IMG/VR virus record: IMGVR_UViG_3300020045_001999
Coordinates: 1 to 37,600 of that record
Strand: one strand, 5' to 3'
DNA from: a virus
Taxonomy: Duplodnaviria; Caudoviricetes
Length of the DNA: 37,600 nucleotides
Under the pieces are notes generated by a model, which was not told where the DNA came from, searched no databases, and was given only the letters and a program-made list of their open reading frames with translations. Positions 9,808 to 20,118 of this stretch are shown piece by piece. The position numbers were made by a program, and so were the translations under genes. The stretch's first letter is position 1, and every line of letters begins with the position of its first letter.

Positions 9808-11612
9808 TAGTGTAATTGTGTATTTAAAATATATTCTTGAAATTGTGCATCTGTCATTGGATTTTCATCAACAGGTGTTCCATCATTATCGGTGTAAGAT
9901 ACATTATATGTGTCTGAACCTTTATTATATTTAACTTCAAAATTAGAAACTCCAAATTTTTCTAAAGCAGGAACTTTTAATTTGTGATATAAACCTGGCT
10001 TAGTATCTGTGATTTTAGTAATATTGTTTATTAAATTCATACCTTTCCATTGTGGTGTATCAAAATCATCCGCACCTCTACTCACATAAACCTGTATTGA
10101 TTTTTTAGAATCTGGATCATATAACAAACCTCTACGTGCACCAACATTTTGCTTTGGATTTGTAAAAATATTTCCAATTTGAGATTTACTTGTCATATCT
10201 CCACTATAATTAAAAGTATATTTACCTAATTCATCTGCGGGTATTAAATTACCTTTAGTATCTCTAACTTCATAAGCTCCTTGTTGAGCTCTTTCCATTA
10301 TTAATTCACTACTAGCTTTTTTATCTTTACTAATTTCTTTACTAGCAAATAATTTACCAACTTTAGATGAATTGGGATCTATGTATTTATTTTGTATAGT
10401 TACATCTTTATTTTCAGTTAAGTATTTTTTAACCGCATCTTGAATTTTTTGATCTTTTAATGATTTAGCATTAATTTTTTGAGTACGTTGAATACTTTTA
10501 GCTAATGTTAAATATTGTGAAGAATTTAAATATTCATTAAATACTTTTTCAGGATTTTGATTTTTTACTTTATCGTAGTACTCTTGCTGTTGTTCTTTAG
10601 TCATATGACTAAGATTTCTTGGTGGTGTTATGATTTGTTTATAATTTTTATTATAATTAAATTTAGATAAGTCATCATTATTAGTATTAACATTAACTCC
10701 TTCAACATTAACTCCTTCATAATTAGGATCTTCTGGATTTTCACCATCACCAGAACCACTAGGAGGATTTAACATATCATATGTTGTTTTATAATCTTTA
10801 TTTTGTTTAAAAACTTTAGCTCCTAATACTCTATTATTTATATAATCTAAATCTTCATTAGTAGTTCTTCCTTCAAAATCTCTACTAATTCTACCTTCTC
10901 CTGTCTTGTCTATAAATCTTGTTTTTAATGCTTTTAAAGCATTATTAAGTTGTTCATCATTAGTTTCTGTAACAATACTTCCTTGAGCGTTTGTCATTAC
11001 TACACCATGGTCTGTATTTTTAAATTGTAATCCTGAATTTAAAAGTTTTTCAGTAGTAGTAGAACCTAATGTACTCAATACATCTCTTATTCCTGTATCT
11101 AAATCAACATATTTAGGAGAACCTAAATTACCAATATTTACGATATTACCATCTTTATCTCGACCTTTCATGTCTGCATATTTTTGTCGATGTTCCAACC
11201 ATTTTTGTTCTAAAACATTTTGACCAAACGATTTATCTGCATTTTTCATAAAATCTTCTTTTGCTTTAGCTTCAGCAACTTTAGCAGCATTTATTTGACC
11301 AATTCTACCTGTAGGTGCAATTAAATCATTTCTTTCTTTTTGTAATTTATAAAAAGCTTCTTTACCAATTGAATCAATACCTCTTGAAGCTAAATCTCCT
11401 GATAAATTACCTAATTTACCTTCTAAATCTTGTTTTAACCTTAAAGCTTCATCATGATGTTCATTTAAAGGATCTGTAGCAATAGCACTTAACTCTGCTA
11501 AATTCTTTGACATTTCATTATGTTTTTGCCTTTTCATAAGTGGAACGAAGGCTAATTCTTGAAAACTCTGTGGTGTATATGCTGAAATCGAACCGTTGTC
11601 AAACCTATTCAT
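9807..11612 (-). CDS. Virion cargo/ejection protein (601 aa)
   Basis: N-terminal YTPQSFQEL motif and helical N-terminus. TAATG-coupled to both neighbours in the cargo cluster. Confidence 0.6.
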   Translation of the reverse strand: MNRFDNGSISAYTPQSFQELAFVPLMKRQKHNEMSKNLAELSAIATDPLNEHHDEALRLKQDLEGKLGNLSGDLASRGIDSIGKEAFYKLQKERNDLIAPTGRIGQINAAKVAEAKAKEDFMKNADKSFGQNVLEQKWLEHRQKYADMKGRDKDGNIVNIGNLGSPKYVDLDTGIRDVLSTLGSTTTEKLLNSGLQFKNTDHGVVMTNAQGSIVTETNDEQLNNALKALKTRFIDKTGEGRISRDFEGRTTNEDLDYINNRVLGAKVFKQNKDYKTTYDMLNPPSGSGDGENPEDPNYEGVNVEGVNVNTNNDDLSKFNYNKNYKQIITPPRNLSHMTKEQQQEYYDKVKNQNPEKVFNEYLNSSQYLTLAKSIQRTQKINAKSLKDQKIQDAVKKYLTENKDVTIQNKYIDPNSSKVGKLFASKEISKDKKASSELIMERAQQGAYEVRDTKGNLIPADELGKYTFNYSGDMTSKSQIGNIFTNPKQNVGARRGLLYDPDSKKSIQVYVSRGADDFDTPQWKGMNLINNITKITDTKPGLYHKLKVPALEKFGVSNFEVKYNKGSDTYNVSYTDNDGTPVDENPMTDAQFQEYILNTQLH

Positions 11613-13615
11613 TATATTTTTCCTATTTTAAAATTAGTATTAGGTGTATAATTAATTGAAGAATTAGTAAATTTATCAGCATTTCCAAAATTATATTTTT
11701 TATTTAAAGTTCCGTTTTTAACTTTTTCTTCAAAATCTTTAGTTAACATTTTTTCACCAGTTTTTTTATTTATGACATAATCACCATTAACATCATATCC
11801 TAATGCTTCAGCAATTTGATTTTTATTAACTTCTTCTTTACCAATAGAACCTAAATCTGTTCCAATAGAAGCTAAATATTTAGATTTTTCATTTCTATAA
11901 GCTGCTGCATTTTTTTCCCAATTTTCAGATTCTTGATGTTGAGTTTGAGTATTAAATTGATTAACACCTAAATTAAATGTTTGTGCTTTATCATCAGTAG
12001 CTCTATTTTCAGCATTAGCTTTCATATAAGCATCAGATAAAGCTTTTGTTTTATTTAATCCCGCTCCTAATATTGCATTTCTAATAGCTCCTTGAGATGC
12101 TCCAGATTGTGATAAACTATTTATTGTGTTTGTTAATTCTTGATTAGCTATATTTTGTAATTGCACTTCATCAACATATTGAGGTTTATATTTATCATCA
12201 AGTCTTTGAAGTCTTTGATTAACTGGTTTTTTTAATTTAGATAATTGATAAGCATTCATAGCTACTGGAGCATATTTTAATATCTTACCACCATTTTTAT
12301 CTAAATAATCACCAACTTTATTTGTAGTCTTATTAAATATAGAACCTTCTTTATTTTCTGAAATTTGTATAGTTTTACCTAAATCACCATATGTTTTATA
12401 AGAATTCCAACCTGAAGAATCTGGTACATTCATTTTAGATATTAATGGAATATTTTTATCATTATATTGTTGATTAATTGGACTTTGATACGCTTGATAA
12501 CCTACTTGAGGTATTGTATTAGTTGGTTTAAATATCGATTCAAAAGGGTACCTTTGATTAATATCAGACATACCTTCATTTGGTATAATTAGTGGATCTA
12601 CAGTTGTAGTATATCCCCCTCCTGCGTATTGTGTAGGTTTATTAGTTATATAACCACCTTTAGCAAAATTATTATCTTGAAATTGTTTATTATAAGATAA
12701 AGCTGCAGAATTCATAGCTTTAGCTCTATTAATATCATTATGTTTATGTGTAATATATCCTGAAACAATAGGATCCATAACCGACAATAATTTTTCTCCA
12801 AAATTAGTATCTTTACGCATTACTGTTTGTGCAGGATCTAAAAATCCATTAGTATAATCTCCACCTGTATTACCTCCTATTGATTGACCTAATGACTTAC
12901 CTGCTTTTTCTACACCTCTAAATAATCCTGCTACAGGAATAGCTTTACCAATAGTATCTTTAATTCCTTCAGTAGATTGCTTTAACTGAGGATTAATTGT
13001 ATCAACACTTTGATCAACAATTGGTGACTGAAATGAATTACCAAGAGCTGAAGCACCTTGTAAATAAGGTGACATTTTACCAGATAATCCTGACATACCA
13101 CCTGTTTGATTACCTACTTCAGATTGGGTAATATCTCCACCTGCAAAAAATTGTTTTTGTTCAGGTTCTTCAGTATATTCTTCCATTCCTTGTGGTATTT
13201 CACCATTCATCATATCAGGAACTTGTTGTTGATTAGATTGCATTGATTGAGCAATTTGTTCAGCACGTTGTTGTTCTTGTTGTTTAAGTGTTTCTTGAGC
13301 TTCTTTAAGACGATCTAATAGAGTATTTTTAGTTTCACTACTATATTTATCATATCGGTCTTTAAATTTATTATCTATTGCTTTAGATGCTAAAGCAAAT
13401 GTTTTACCTTTAATATAAGAAGGTAAATTCATTTCTTTAGTCATGTTTTCATCAATAGATAATCTATCAGAATAAATATAGTTTTTCTTTTTGGTTTCCC
13501 CTTCTTCAACTGTATTCATTTGACCATTTTGTGATTGACCCATAGGTACACCACCTAATGGATTTTGAGAATGTGAACCACCTTCATCAAATCTAGTAAG
13601 ATTATTGTTTTGCAT
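11612..13615 (-). CDS. Cargo protein 1-like virion protein (crAss001 gp45-like, 667 aa)
   Basis: N-terminal FDEGGSHSQNPLGGVPMG...VEEGE...YSDRL, repeated [FY]xxGG motifs and Q-rich low complexity. Directly downstream of the muzzle gene. Confidence 0.7.
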   Translation of the reverse strand: MQNNNLTRFDEGGSHSQNPLGGVPMGQSQNGQMNTVEEGETKKKNYIYSDRLSIDENMTKEMNLPSYIKGKTFALASKAIDNKFKDRYDKYSSETKNTLLDRLKEAQETLKQQEQQRAEQIAQSMQSNQQQVPDMMNGEIPQGMEEYTEEPEQKQFFAGGDITQSEVGNQTGGMSGLSGKMSPYLQGASALGNSFQSPIVDQSVDTINPQLKQSTEGIKDTIGKAIPVAGLFRGVEKAGKSLGQSIGGNTGGDYTNGFLDPAQTVMRKDTNFGEKLLSVMDPIVSGYITHKHNDINRAKAMNSAALSYNKQFQDNNFAKGGYITNKPTQYAGGGYTTTVDPLIIPNEGMSDINQRYPFESIFKPTNTIPQVGYQAYQSPINQQYNDKNIPLISKMNVPDSSGWNSYKTYGDLGKTIQISENKEGSIFNKTTNKVGDYLDKNGGKILKYAPVAMNAYQLSKLKKPVNQRLQRLDDKYKPQYVDEVQLQNIANQELTNTINSLSQSGASQGAIRNAILGAGLNKTKALSDAYMKANAENRATDDKAQTFNLGVNQFNTQTQHQESENWEKNAAAYRNEKSKYLASIGTDLGSIGKEEVNKNQIAEALGYDVNGDYVINKKTGEKMLTKDFEEKVKNGTLNKKYNFGNADKFTNSSINYTPNTNFKIGKI

Positions 13616-13637
13616 TTATAATTTATTTTAATGTTAT

Positions 13638-13670
13638 AAAAAAAGGAGAAGAAAATTAATCCTTCTCCTT
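13638..13670 (-). terminator. Intrinsic terminator
   Basis: Minus strand AAGGAGAAG-N10-CTTCTCCTT running into a T7 tract. Confidence 0.8.
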
Positions 13671-13700
13671 AAAGTTTATTGTAATATAAGTTTAGATATG

Positions 13701-13731
13701 TAAATATACAAAATATTTTATTATTATCAAA
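13701..13731 (-). promoter_or_regulatory. Variant -33/-7 promoter
   Basis: TTTG-N19-TATATTTA, one mismatch to TAnnTTTG. Intergenic, and preceded by the same TTTTG seen before the -7 box of the promoters at 21812 and 36694. Confidence 0.5.
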
Positions 13732-13762
13732 ACTTTTTATTAATTATTTTATTTAAATATTT

Positions 13763-16700
13763 TTAAGATGTAGTATAAAATACTGACACATCATGTAAAA
13801 TCATCTTATAATTAGACTGATTATCAAATTGTAATTTTAATTTAATATAAGGTGCACGTATTCTATTTCTATTTTCCCGAGGTATCAACGCATTCCAATC
13901 ACGGAATTTTCTACGTAAATTATTATTTCTACCAACTACAAGTGGTACTAAATTACTATTTTGATAATCATTATATGCTTGAATATGGGTTATAGTTTTA
14001 TCAACTTGATCGACATTATTCAAAGTAATATCAGATTTAAAGTTAATATTGTCAAATACACAATCTTTATCTGATTCAGGATTAACATTTAATATAACAT
14101 ATGACGGATATTTAATATCATAAAATTCATTATAATTACCTGAGTATTGTTTATATAATTTATTTATATCAGGATGTGTTGTAATAAAATGTTCACCTTT
14201 ACTAATATATATACTTGGTATATAATCATAAAAAGATATAAAATTTTGTTTCATTTCATTGTATGAAATAGTAAAAGATTTATTTTCTTGATGAAAACTC
14301 ATAAATACTTCATTATTAATATAATCATACCCAGAAGATATACCTTGTTTAATTAAAGGATTGTCTATTTTAAGTTGATTTAAGACACTATTATTTAAAA
14401 AATGTGTATGTAATCCTTTTGCATCAGAAACTCCTTTAATGTTACCTTGAAATGTGTTAAATGATCTATTTAAACAATCATAATAATATATACCTCGTGG
14501 AGAAGTTACTATAGACCATTTATTAATAGTACCGCTATCTGTAGAAATATATTTATAATCTTGAAGAACATTACCTGTACCTAATTCAATTGCCAAACCA
14601 TCTCCACCTTGTATTTGAACTCTAGGATTTATCGATATAAATGAAAAGGCTTTATCTTGTAAACTATATATTTCATCATTAAACGACACTATGTTATTAA
14701 TGGGTCCAAATTTACCATCTAACGTAATAATATCATTTTGTAAAATATCTGTCCAACTATCTAGTAATTCCCCTGCTAATTTAAGTTTTGTAGAAATTAT
14801 ATTTGTATCAAATTTATTTCTTTTTTTAATATTATAATTTATGTTACGTCGATTAATTAAATTTGGTAATTGAGAATAAACTTTATTATATTTATGATAA
14901 TCATCATTTCTATACATAAATTTATCATCCCATGCATTTAAACTTAAATCATTTCTATTTTTTAAATCAACAGTTGTTTCAGTATAATATTCTACAATTT
15001 CTTCATATTCTTTTGTACATTGATCATTAGTTTCACCATTTTTACGATTGATTCTTAAAAATTTAAAAAAGTTTACAAAAGTATCTCCTGGAGATTCTAT
15101 ATAATTTACACTTTCTAAAATATGTTTATAATTACCAATTTCTAAATAATTAGTTCTAAGTTTATCTTCCCAAGAATTACCACCGTAAATACCACCTAAA
15201 TATATTTCATAATCATTTTTAATTATTTCACCAATAATTCCTAAATTATCTTCGAGAATATTAAATTGATTAAATATAGATTCTAAAGTTGGTCTATTCC
15301 AGTTTTCAATAGTTGAATCGTTAGTACCATCATCAGTAACTAATGTTATACATCGTTGACCTTCATCATTTACAGAAACTATTTTTCTATTACAATTACC
15401 ATCATCTTTCCAAGAACTATCACCATCTGTAATAATACTTTCTAAAGAATTTGTATATCTGTAATTAGCATCATTATTATAAGTTGTATAACTTTGACCT
15501 TTTTCTGTTAATTCTGGTTTACCATATATGTTAATAATATTATTAATATTTATAGGAATATAATAATTAGTATTTGAAATAGTATTTAAAAATATTTCAA
15601 AATCTTGAAGTAGTATGTTTTTTGATAAAAAAACAGTACCATCATTAACATCAATATTAATATTAATTTGACCTTTAAAATCAACATTTGAATTAATTAT
15701 TAAATAATAATTAAATAATTCTGATTCTATATCAGGAGTATATATAAAAGATTTTGTGTCTGTAATTATATTAGTTCCAATTACATTAGTTAAACTATTA
15801 ACAATATTATTACCAGATGGATCTGAAGCTATAAACACATCATAATTATCAGTATTATTTAATATATCGGGTATTATTTCATAAGAAATATTTAAATTAT
15901 TATAAATATTATCTAATATAATACTAATTGTTTTTAATGAGGGTTTTGTTATATTATTATTAATATCTATACCTAACACTGGGTTTAAAGAATTTGTTAT
16001 TGAAATTATATTATTGTTATATAATACATTATTTTCTAAAACATTCCCATAACCTCTATAATATAGATTTTTTTCAACAGAATTAGGTTCTTTTCCTCCG
16101 GGATGAGCTATTATACCGGTATCTGTTGCAGCATAAGCTAAACCTCTAATCCAATCAAAAGGACCGTATTGATTAGATAAACAATTTAATGTTTTAATTT
16201 CACCTTCTATATTTGAATCATCGGAAAGATTAATTTCTTTAGCCCAGTTTGAATTATATTTATTTTTAAGTAAACCTTTTATTTTTAATTTTAAACCATT
16301 TGACATTGACTGATTAAAATAAAATAATGTTTCTGGAGAATACATTTGTAACATTGAATTAAATTGATACGATCTTCCAGTTGTATCTTTAACATAATGA
16401 GCTCTCCAACATTCTGTATTTGGACCATCATCTCTACTCATTTCTGCTAAATGTTCACATTTATATAAAGGTTGGGTAGATCCAAAATCAGTTAAAGCAT
16501 TACAATTTCTTAATAAAATATTAGGTAATTTTGGTTTAGCTTTTGAATTATCTTTAATAAAATTAATATCTTGATTATCTAAAGTACTATTAATATTAAA
16601 CATCATTGTACCTAATAAACCATTTGATATAATAGTTCTATCTTTTAAAGTTCTTTCAGCAATTAGTATTTTATAACCTATTGGTTTCTCATAATCATTT

Positions 16701-18232
16701 TTAAAATTAGAAGACGTATTTAACCATACATAAAAATCAGATTTTAATGTAACTTTAAAAGTATTATAATTACCTTCTAAATTCCCACTTAATGATTTAA
16801 AATCAGCTATCCATAATGGTAATGAAACTTGACCATAACTATTATAAAACTGAATTCCAGATCTATATAATTCTTCATCTTTAAAATACATTGATTCATC
16901 ATTAAAAGTTAATGATTGAGTAAGTTCATATTTTAAATATTTACCTTCACCACCAAATGTGATTCCATCATATTGATATTTATAACTATTATAATTTAAA
17001 TTAATGGAATCAAATTTATCATTAGGTATGTTTGTAAAAGAATTTGTAATTACTCTTCTATCTACTAAATTACTTGTAACAATATTGTTGTTTGTATCAT
17101 AATAAATATTATGATGTACTATACAATTTTGTAAATTATTAAAACTATATGCCCTAACATCTAAATTAACTTCAAAATTTTTTTCTTCATAATTTGCTAA
17201 AAATAATCTATTATCTTTAGATGCAATATGTTTTGGAATAATAATATCAGAACCTAAAAAAACAAATTCTTCTAAAGATAAATGTTGTATAATTGTATTA
17301 TCATCAAAAATTTCAATTTTACGATTAGTAGGTATTTCTCTATCTTCAATTAATGATATAATAGGTATTTCATTATATGAATTATATTTAATAGAATATA
17401 CTTTAATATTTGTATAATTTATATCTATTTCATTTATTTCAACTAATGGAACAACACCTACTAATTCGTTTATTTCACCTCCACCTAATATTCCTTTATC
17501 TAAAGTTATTAACTTACTAAATGGACTAATTTTTGTTTGTGAAGAATTTAATTTATATAAATTATATGCATATTGTATTTTACCTGATGTGTGATTACCT
17601 CCTGATAATTTTCTAGTAATTAAAGGTTCGGATAAAGTATATCTACCTGACATATTAATTACATTTTCAGAAATATCTATTAATTCTTCTAAATCACCAT
17701 TTAAAACACTATGTTTAATATTTATGACTCTAAGTTGTGAATTACCGTCAACCCAATAAACTTTATCTAATAATTCATTTTCAAAATTATTTATAACTTG
17801 TATTGGTTTTTCAATAGAAAAATTTAAATTTCTTAAATATAATAATGTAATATCATAATTATCATATGAAACTTTCCATATACAATCAAAACCGTTATTG
17901 TCTGTTGTAAATAATATGATATATTCTCTACTATTAGAATGACCTATAATTTTTTGTTCTAAACTTTGAGTATTATAATTTATTTCAGATGTTGTATAAT
18001 TTAAAATTTTATTATTATAATTAATTATTTTATTATTATAATCGATTATAGGTGTTGGAATTGTTAATATTAAACTATTACCTTTTTCATTAGTTACAGA
18101 ACCTGTACTTTGTGTATCTGTTGCTATTATTCTTATATTTCTACCTTCAAAATAAAATTTATTTGAAAATTTTGATTGTGAAATATCTTGTATCATACCA
18201 TCGTATGAATGTGTTATTGCTTTATTAGCCAT
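13763..18232 (-). CDS. Tail muzzle / stabilization protein (crAss001 gp44-like; P22 gp10 analog), 1489 aa
   Basis: GMIQDIS..KF, YFEGRNIRI, VYWVDG, GDTFVNFF and C-terminal RRKFRDWNALIPR..NRIRAPY motifs, plus size and position after a ring gene. Confidence 0.8.
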   Translation of the reverse strand: MANKAITHSYDGMIQDISQSKFSNKFYFEGRNIRIIATDTQSTGSVTNEKGNSLILTIPTPIIDYNNKIINYNNKILNYTTSEINYNTQSLEQKIIGHSNSREYIILFTTDNNGFDCIWKVSYDNYDITLLYLRNLNFSIEKPIQVINNFENELLDKVYWVDGNSQLRVINIKHSVLNGDLEELIDISENVINMSGRYTLSEPLITRKLSGGNHTSGKIQYAYNLYKLNSSQTKISPFSKLITLDKGILGGGEINELVGVVPLVEINEIDINYTNIKVYSIKYNSYNEIPIISLIEDREIPTNRKIEIFDDNTIIQHLSLEEFVFLGSDIIIPKHIASKDNRLFLANYEEKNFEVNLDVRAYSFNNLQNCIVHHNIYYDTNNNIVTSNLVDRRVITNSFTNIPNDKFDSINLNYNSYKYQYDGITFGGEGKYLKYELTQSLTFNDESMYFKDEELYRSGIQFYNSYGQVSLPLWIADFKSLSGNLEGNYNTFKVTLKSDFYVWLNTSSNFKNDYEKPIGYKILIAERTLKDRTIISNGLLGTMMFNINSTLDNQDINFIKDNSKAKPKLPNILLRNCNALTDFGSTQPLYKCEHLAEMSRDDGPNTECWRAHYVKDTTGRSYQFNSMLQMYSPETLFYFNQSMSNGLKLKIKGLLKNKYNSNWAKEINLSDDSNIEGEIKTLNCLSNQYGPFDWIRGLAYAATDTGIIAHPGGKEPNSVEKNLYYRGYGNVLENNVLYNNNIISITNSLNPVLGIDINNNITKPSLKTISIILDNIYNNLNISYEIIPDILNNTDNYDVFIASDPSGNNIVNSLTNVIGTNIITDTKSFIYTPDIESELFNYYLIINSNVDFKGQININIDVNDGTVFLSKNILLQDFEIFLNTISNTNYYIPININNIINIYGKPELTEKGQSYTTYNNDANYRYTNSLESIITDGDSSWKDDGNCNRKIVSVNDEGQRCITLVTDDGTNDSTIENWNRPTLESIFNQFNILEDNLGIIGEIIKNDYEIYLGGIYGGNSWEDKLRTNYLEIGNYKHILESVNYIESPGDTFVNFFKFLRINRKNGETNDQCTKEYEEIVEYYTETTVDLKNRNDLSLNAWDDKFMYRNDDYHKYNKVYSQLPNLINRRNINYNIKKRNKFDTNIISTKLKLAGELLDSWTDILQNDIITLDGKFGPINNIVSFNDEIYSLQDKAFSFISINPRVQIQGGDGLAIELGTGNVLQDYKYISTDSGTINKWSIVTSPRGIYYYDCLNRSFNTFQGNIKGVSDAKGLHTHFLNNSVLNQLKIDNPLIKQGISSGYDYINNEVFMSFHQENKSFTISYNEMKQNFISFYDYIPSIYISKGEHFITTHPDINKLYKQYSGNYNEFYDIKYPSYVILNVNPESDKDCVFDNINFKSDITLNNVDQVDKTITHIQAYNDYQNSNLVPLVVGRNNNLRRKFRDWNALIPRENRNRIRAPYIKLKLQFDNQSNYKMILHDVSVFYTTS

Positions 18233-18261
18233 TTCTTCAAAAAATGAAATTATATGTATTG

Positions 18262-18846
18262 TTATACATAGATTAAACTTGTTTTATTTTTTCTATTTCT
18301 TTTTACATTTAATGCATCTATTAAATAATAATAACTTACATTTTTTGCAAAAGAGGCTTCTTTTATTCCACTATAAAAAATACCAGTTTGAATATCTAAA
18401 ATTATTTTTTTATTAAATTCAACTCTATTTTTAATTTGTTCTTCAGATTGTTTTACACCTTTTTTAGATTCAGCCATTTTTAATTTTGTTTCATCTGAAA
18501 CTTTTGGTTTCTTTTTAGCAGAATTACTCATTTTTAATCTAGTATAATCACTAATTTTCCCTGACTGATTTGTAGTATTAGTTAATAAACAATTTAAACC
18601 TCCATTTAAAACATTATAAAAATCTTGCCAATATCGTTCTCTTATGTTTAATTGATTAATTTCACATTCTTCAATAATTTCAAAGTTATGATTATTTACA
18701 TTATGTTTTAAAAAAGATCTGTAAAGTTTTGATTGATATTTACAATTTGATAATTGTAAATATTGTTTAAATCTTTTTTCAATATTTTTACTTTGTCCTA
18801 TATAAACTCTATTAGTTGGACTTGTTATTTTATATATTCCTATCAT
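18262..18846 (-). CDS. Free-standing GIY-YIG homing endonuclease with NUMOD3-like repeats
   Basis: MIGIYKITSPTNRVYIGQSKNIEKRFKQY (GIY-X9-YIG plus catalytic Arg), RERYWQ..YN, and SDETKLKMAES-type repeats. The probable start is ATG 18846, just after the upstream TGA, rather than 18879. Confidence 0.88.
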   Translation of the reverse strand: MIGIYKITSPTNRVYIGQSKNIEKRFKQYLQLSNCKYQSKLYRSFLKHNVNNHNFEIIEECEINQLNIRERYWQDFYNVLNGGLNCLLTNTTNQSGKISDYTRLKMSNSAKKKPKVSDETKLKMAESKKGVKQSEEQIKNRVEFNKKIILDIQTGIFYSGIKEASFAKNVSYYYLIDALNVKRNRKNKTSLIYV

Positions 18847-18847
18847 A

Positions 18848-19591
18848 TCATCTAAAAACTCTACGACGTTCTTTTTCACCCATCTTTTTAAATTTATTTT
18901 GATGTGCTGTAGTATTTATAATTAATCTATTTAAAGAATTCATCATAGATTCCATTTTATCTAATCCAGGCATTGTTAGTCCTGTTTGAGCAGATGCTAC
19001 ATAAAAATATCTTTTTTGTTGTATATATTCAAAAGCTTTATCTGTAATTTTACCCATTAACCATAACGGTTCTAAATATCTACTTAAAATATAATATTCT
19101 AAAGCTAATTGAACTTTTTGATTGTCTGGTATTAAAGGATAACCTTCTTCATCTGTAGCAATTGCTTTATAAGATATTTCAATACATCCATCACTCATAG
19201 AAGTAAATATAATACCATTTTGAATTTTATATGTAAATTCATTTCTACGATGATTACCTCTTAAATCAAAGTCAGTATTTTGTTCATTTGTAAATTCTTC
19301 AGGATCTAAGTGATATACATTAGTAGCTTCTCTCATAGCTATTGGTTCACTTGTATTACCATCAAAGTATTCAACACCTTCTATATATAATAAATCACAA
19401 GGTAATTCAGCTTTATATGAAGTTAAATTAAGACGTTCTAATTTGTTAAGATACATGACAGGTGCACCAAGTAACTTAATTATTTCTAAAGCATATTCTG
19501 CAGCTTCTTCGTATGTAAGTTCTTGTGCTAAAGGATTTTTCATAATCGACCATATAATCGATCCTAAAGATTTAAAGTTACTATTTGTCAT
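18848..19591 (-). CDS. Tail ring / tubular protein (crAss001 gp43-like; P22 gp4 analog)
   Basis: YKAELPCDL, YKIQNGIIFTS and ISYKAIATDEEGYPLIPD motifs. Lies upstream of the muzzle gene. Confidence 0.75.
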   Translation of the reverse strand: MTNSNFKSLGSIIWSIMKNPLAQELTYEEAAEYALEIIKLLGAPVMYLNKLERLNLTSYKAELPCDLLYIEGVEYFDGNTSEPIAMREATNVYHLDPEEFTNEQNTDFDLRGNHRRNEFTYKIQNGIIFTSMSDGCIEISYKAIATDEEGYPLIPDNQKVQLALEYYILSRYLEPLWLMGKITDKAFEYIQQKRYFYVASAQTGLTMPGLDKMESMMNSLNRLIINTTAHQNKFKKMGEKERRRVFR

Positions 19592-20118
19592 ATTTGATAT
19601 AATAAAAATGCGTCATATTTATCTTTGTTTTCATCTTTTATTCTTTTACCTAATAATCTAGCAAAAGATCTAGTTGTTTTAAATCTATAATATTTTTTAT
19701 TTTTAAAAGAATATATATATTTTTTAAGATATATTCCAAAAACATATTTAGATGTATGATAATTAGAAAATCTAACTAAAAGCTTTTTTTCTTTAGCTTC
19801 TTCATCTTCATTCCATAAATTATTTGTTGTAACCCAATCTACAGGCGCAGTATTAACTAATTTACCATCAACTATTTTAGGTATTTGTTTTGTTTTTTTA
19901 ACAGTAATAGAAGCCCCTAAATAAGGTAATTGATAATCTAAGTTATCTTCTATTATATATTCTGTTATTTTTTTATTAAAATCCGCTATAATATTATAAA
20001 ACTTTTTATTTGTAATATCTAATTCAGGATATTCTTTTTTAAAGTATTTATAATAATCAGCCATTCCATAATCTCGTTTTATTTTACCATTCGTCCTTTT
20101 ATTCTTTATTATCATCAC
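19588..20118 (-). CDS. IHF/HU-like basic DNA-binding protein conserved in crAss-like phages
   Basis: Basic protein with LPYLGASITVKK, PVDWVTT.NLW and YRFKTTR motifs. Typical position between ring genes. Confidence 0.7.
   Translation of the reverse strand: MMIIKNKRTNGKIKRDYGMADYYKYFKKEYPELDITNKKFYNIIADFNKKITEYIIEDNLDYQLPYLGASITVKKTKQIPKIVDGKLVNTAPVDWVTTNNLWNEDEEAKEKKLLVRFSNYHTSKYVFGIYLKKYIYSFKNKKYYRFKTTRSFARLLGKRIKDENKDKYDAFLLYQI

Noticed and set aside
18847-18879. Longer start (18879) for the GIY-YIG gene
   Set aside because: It overlaps the ring gene by 32 nt; ATG 18846 places GIY at the usual N-terminal position.
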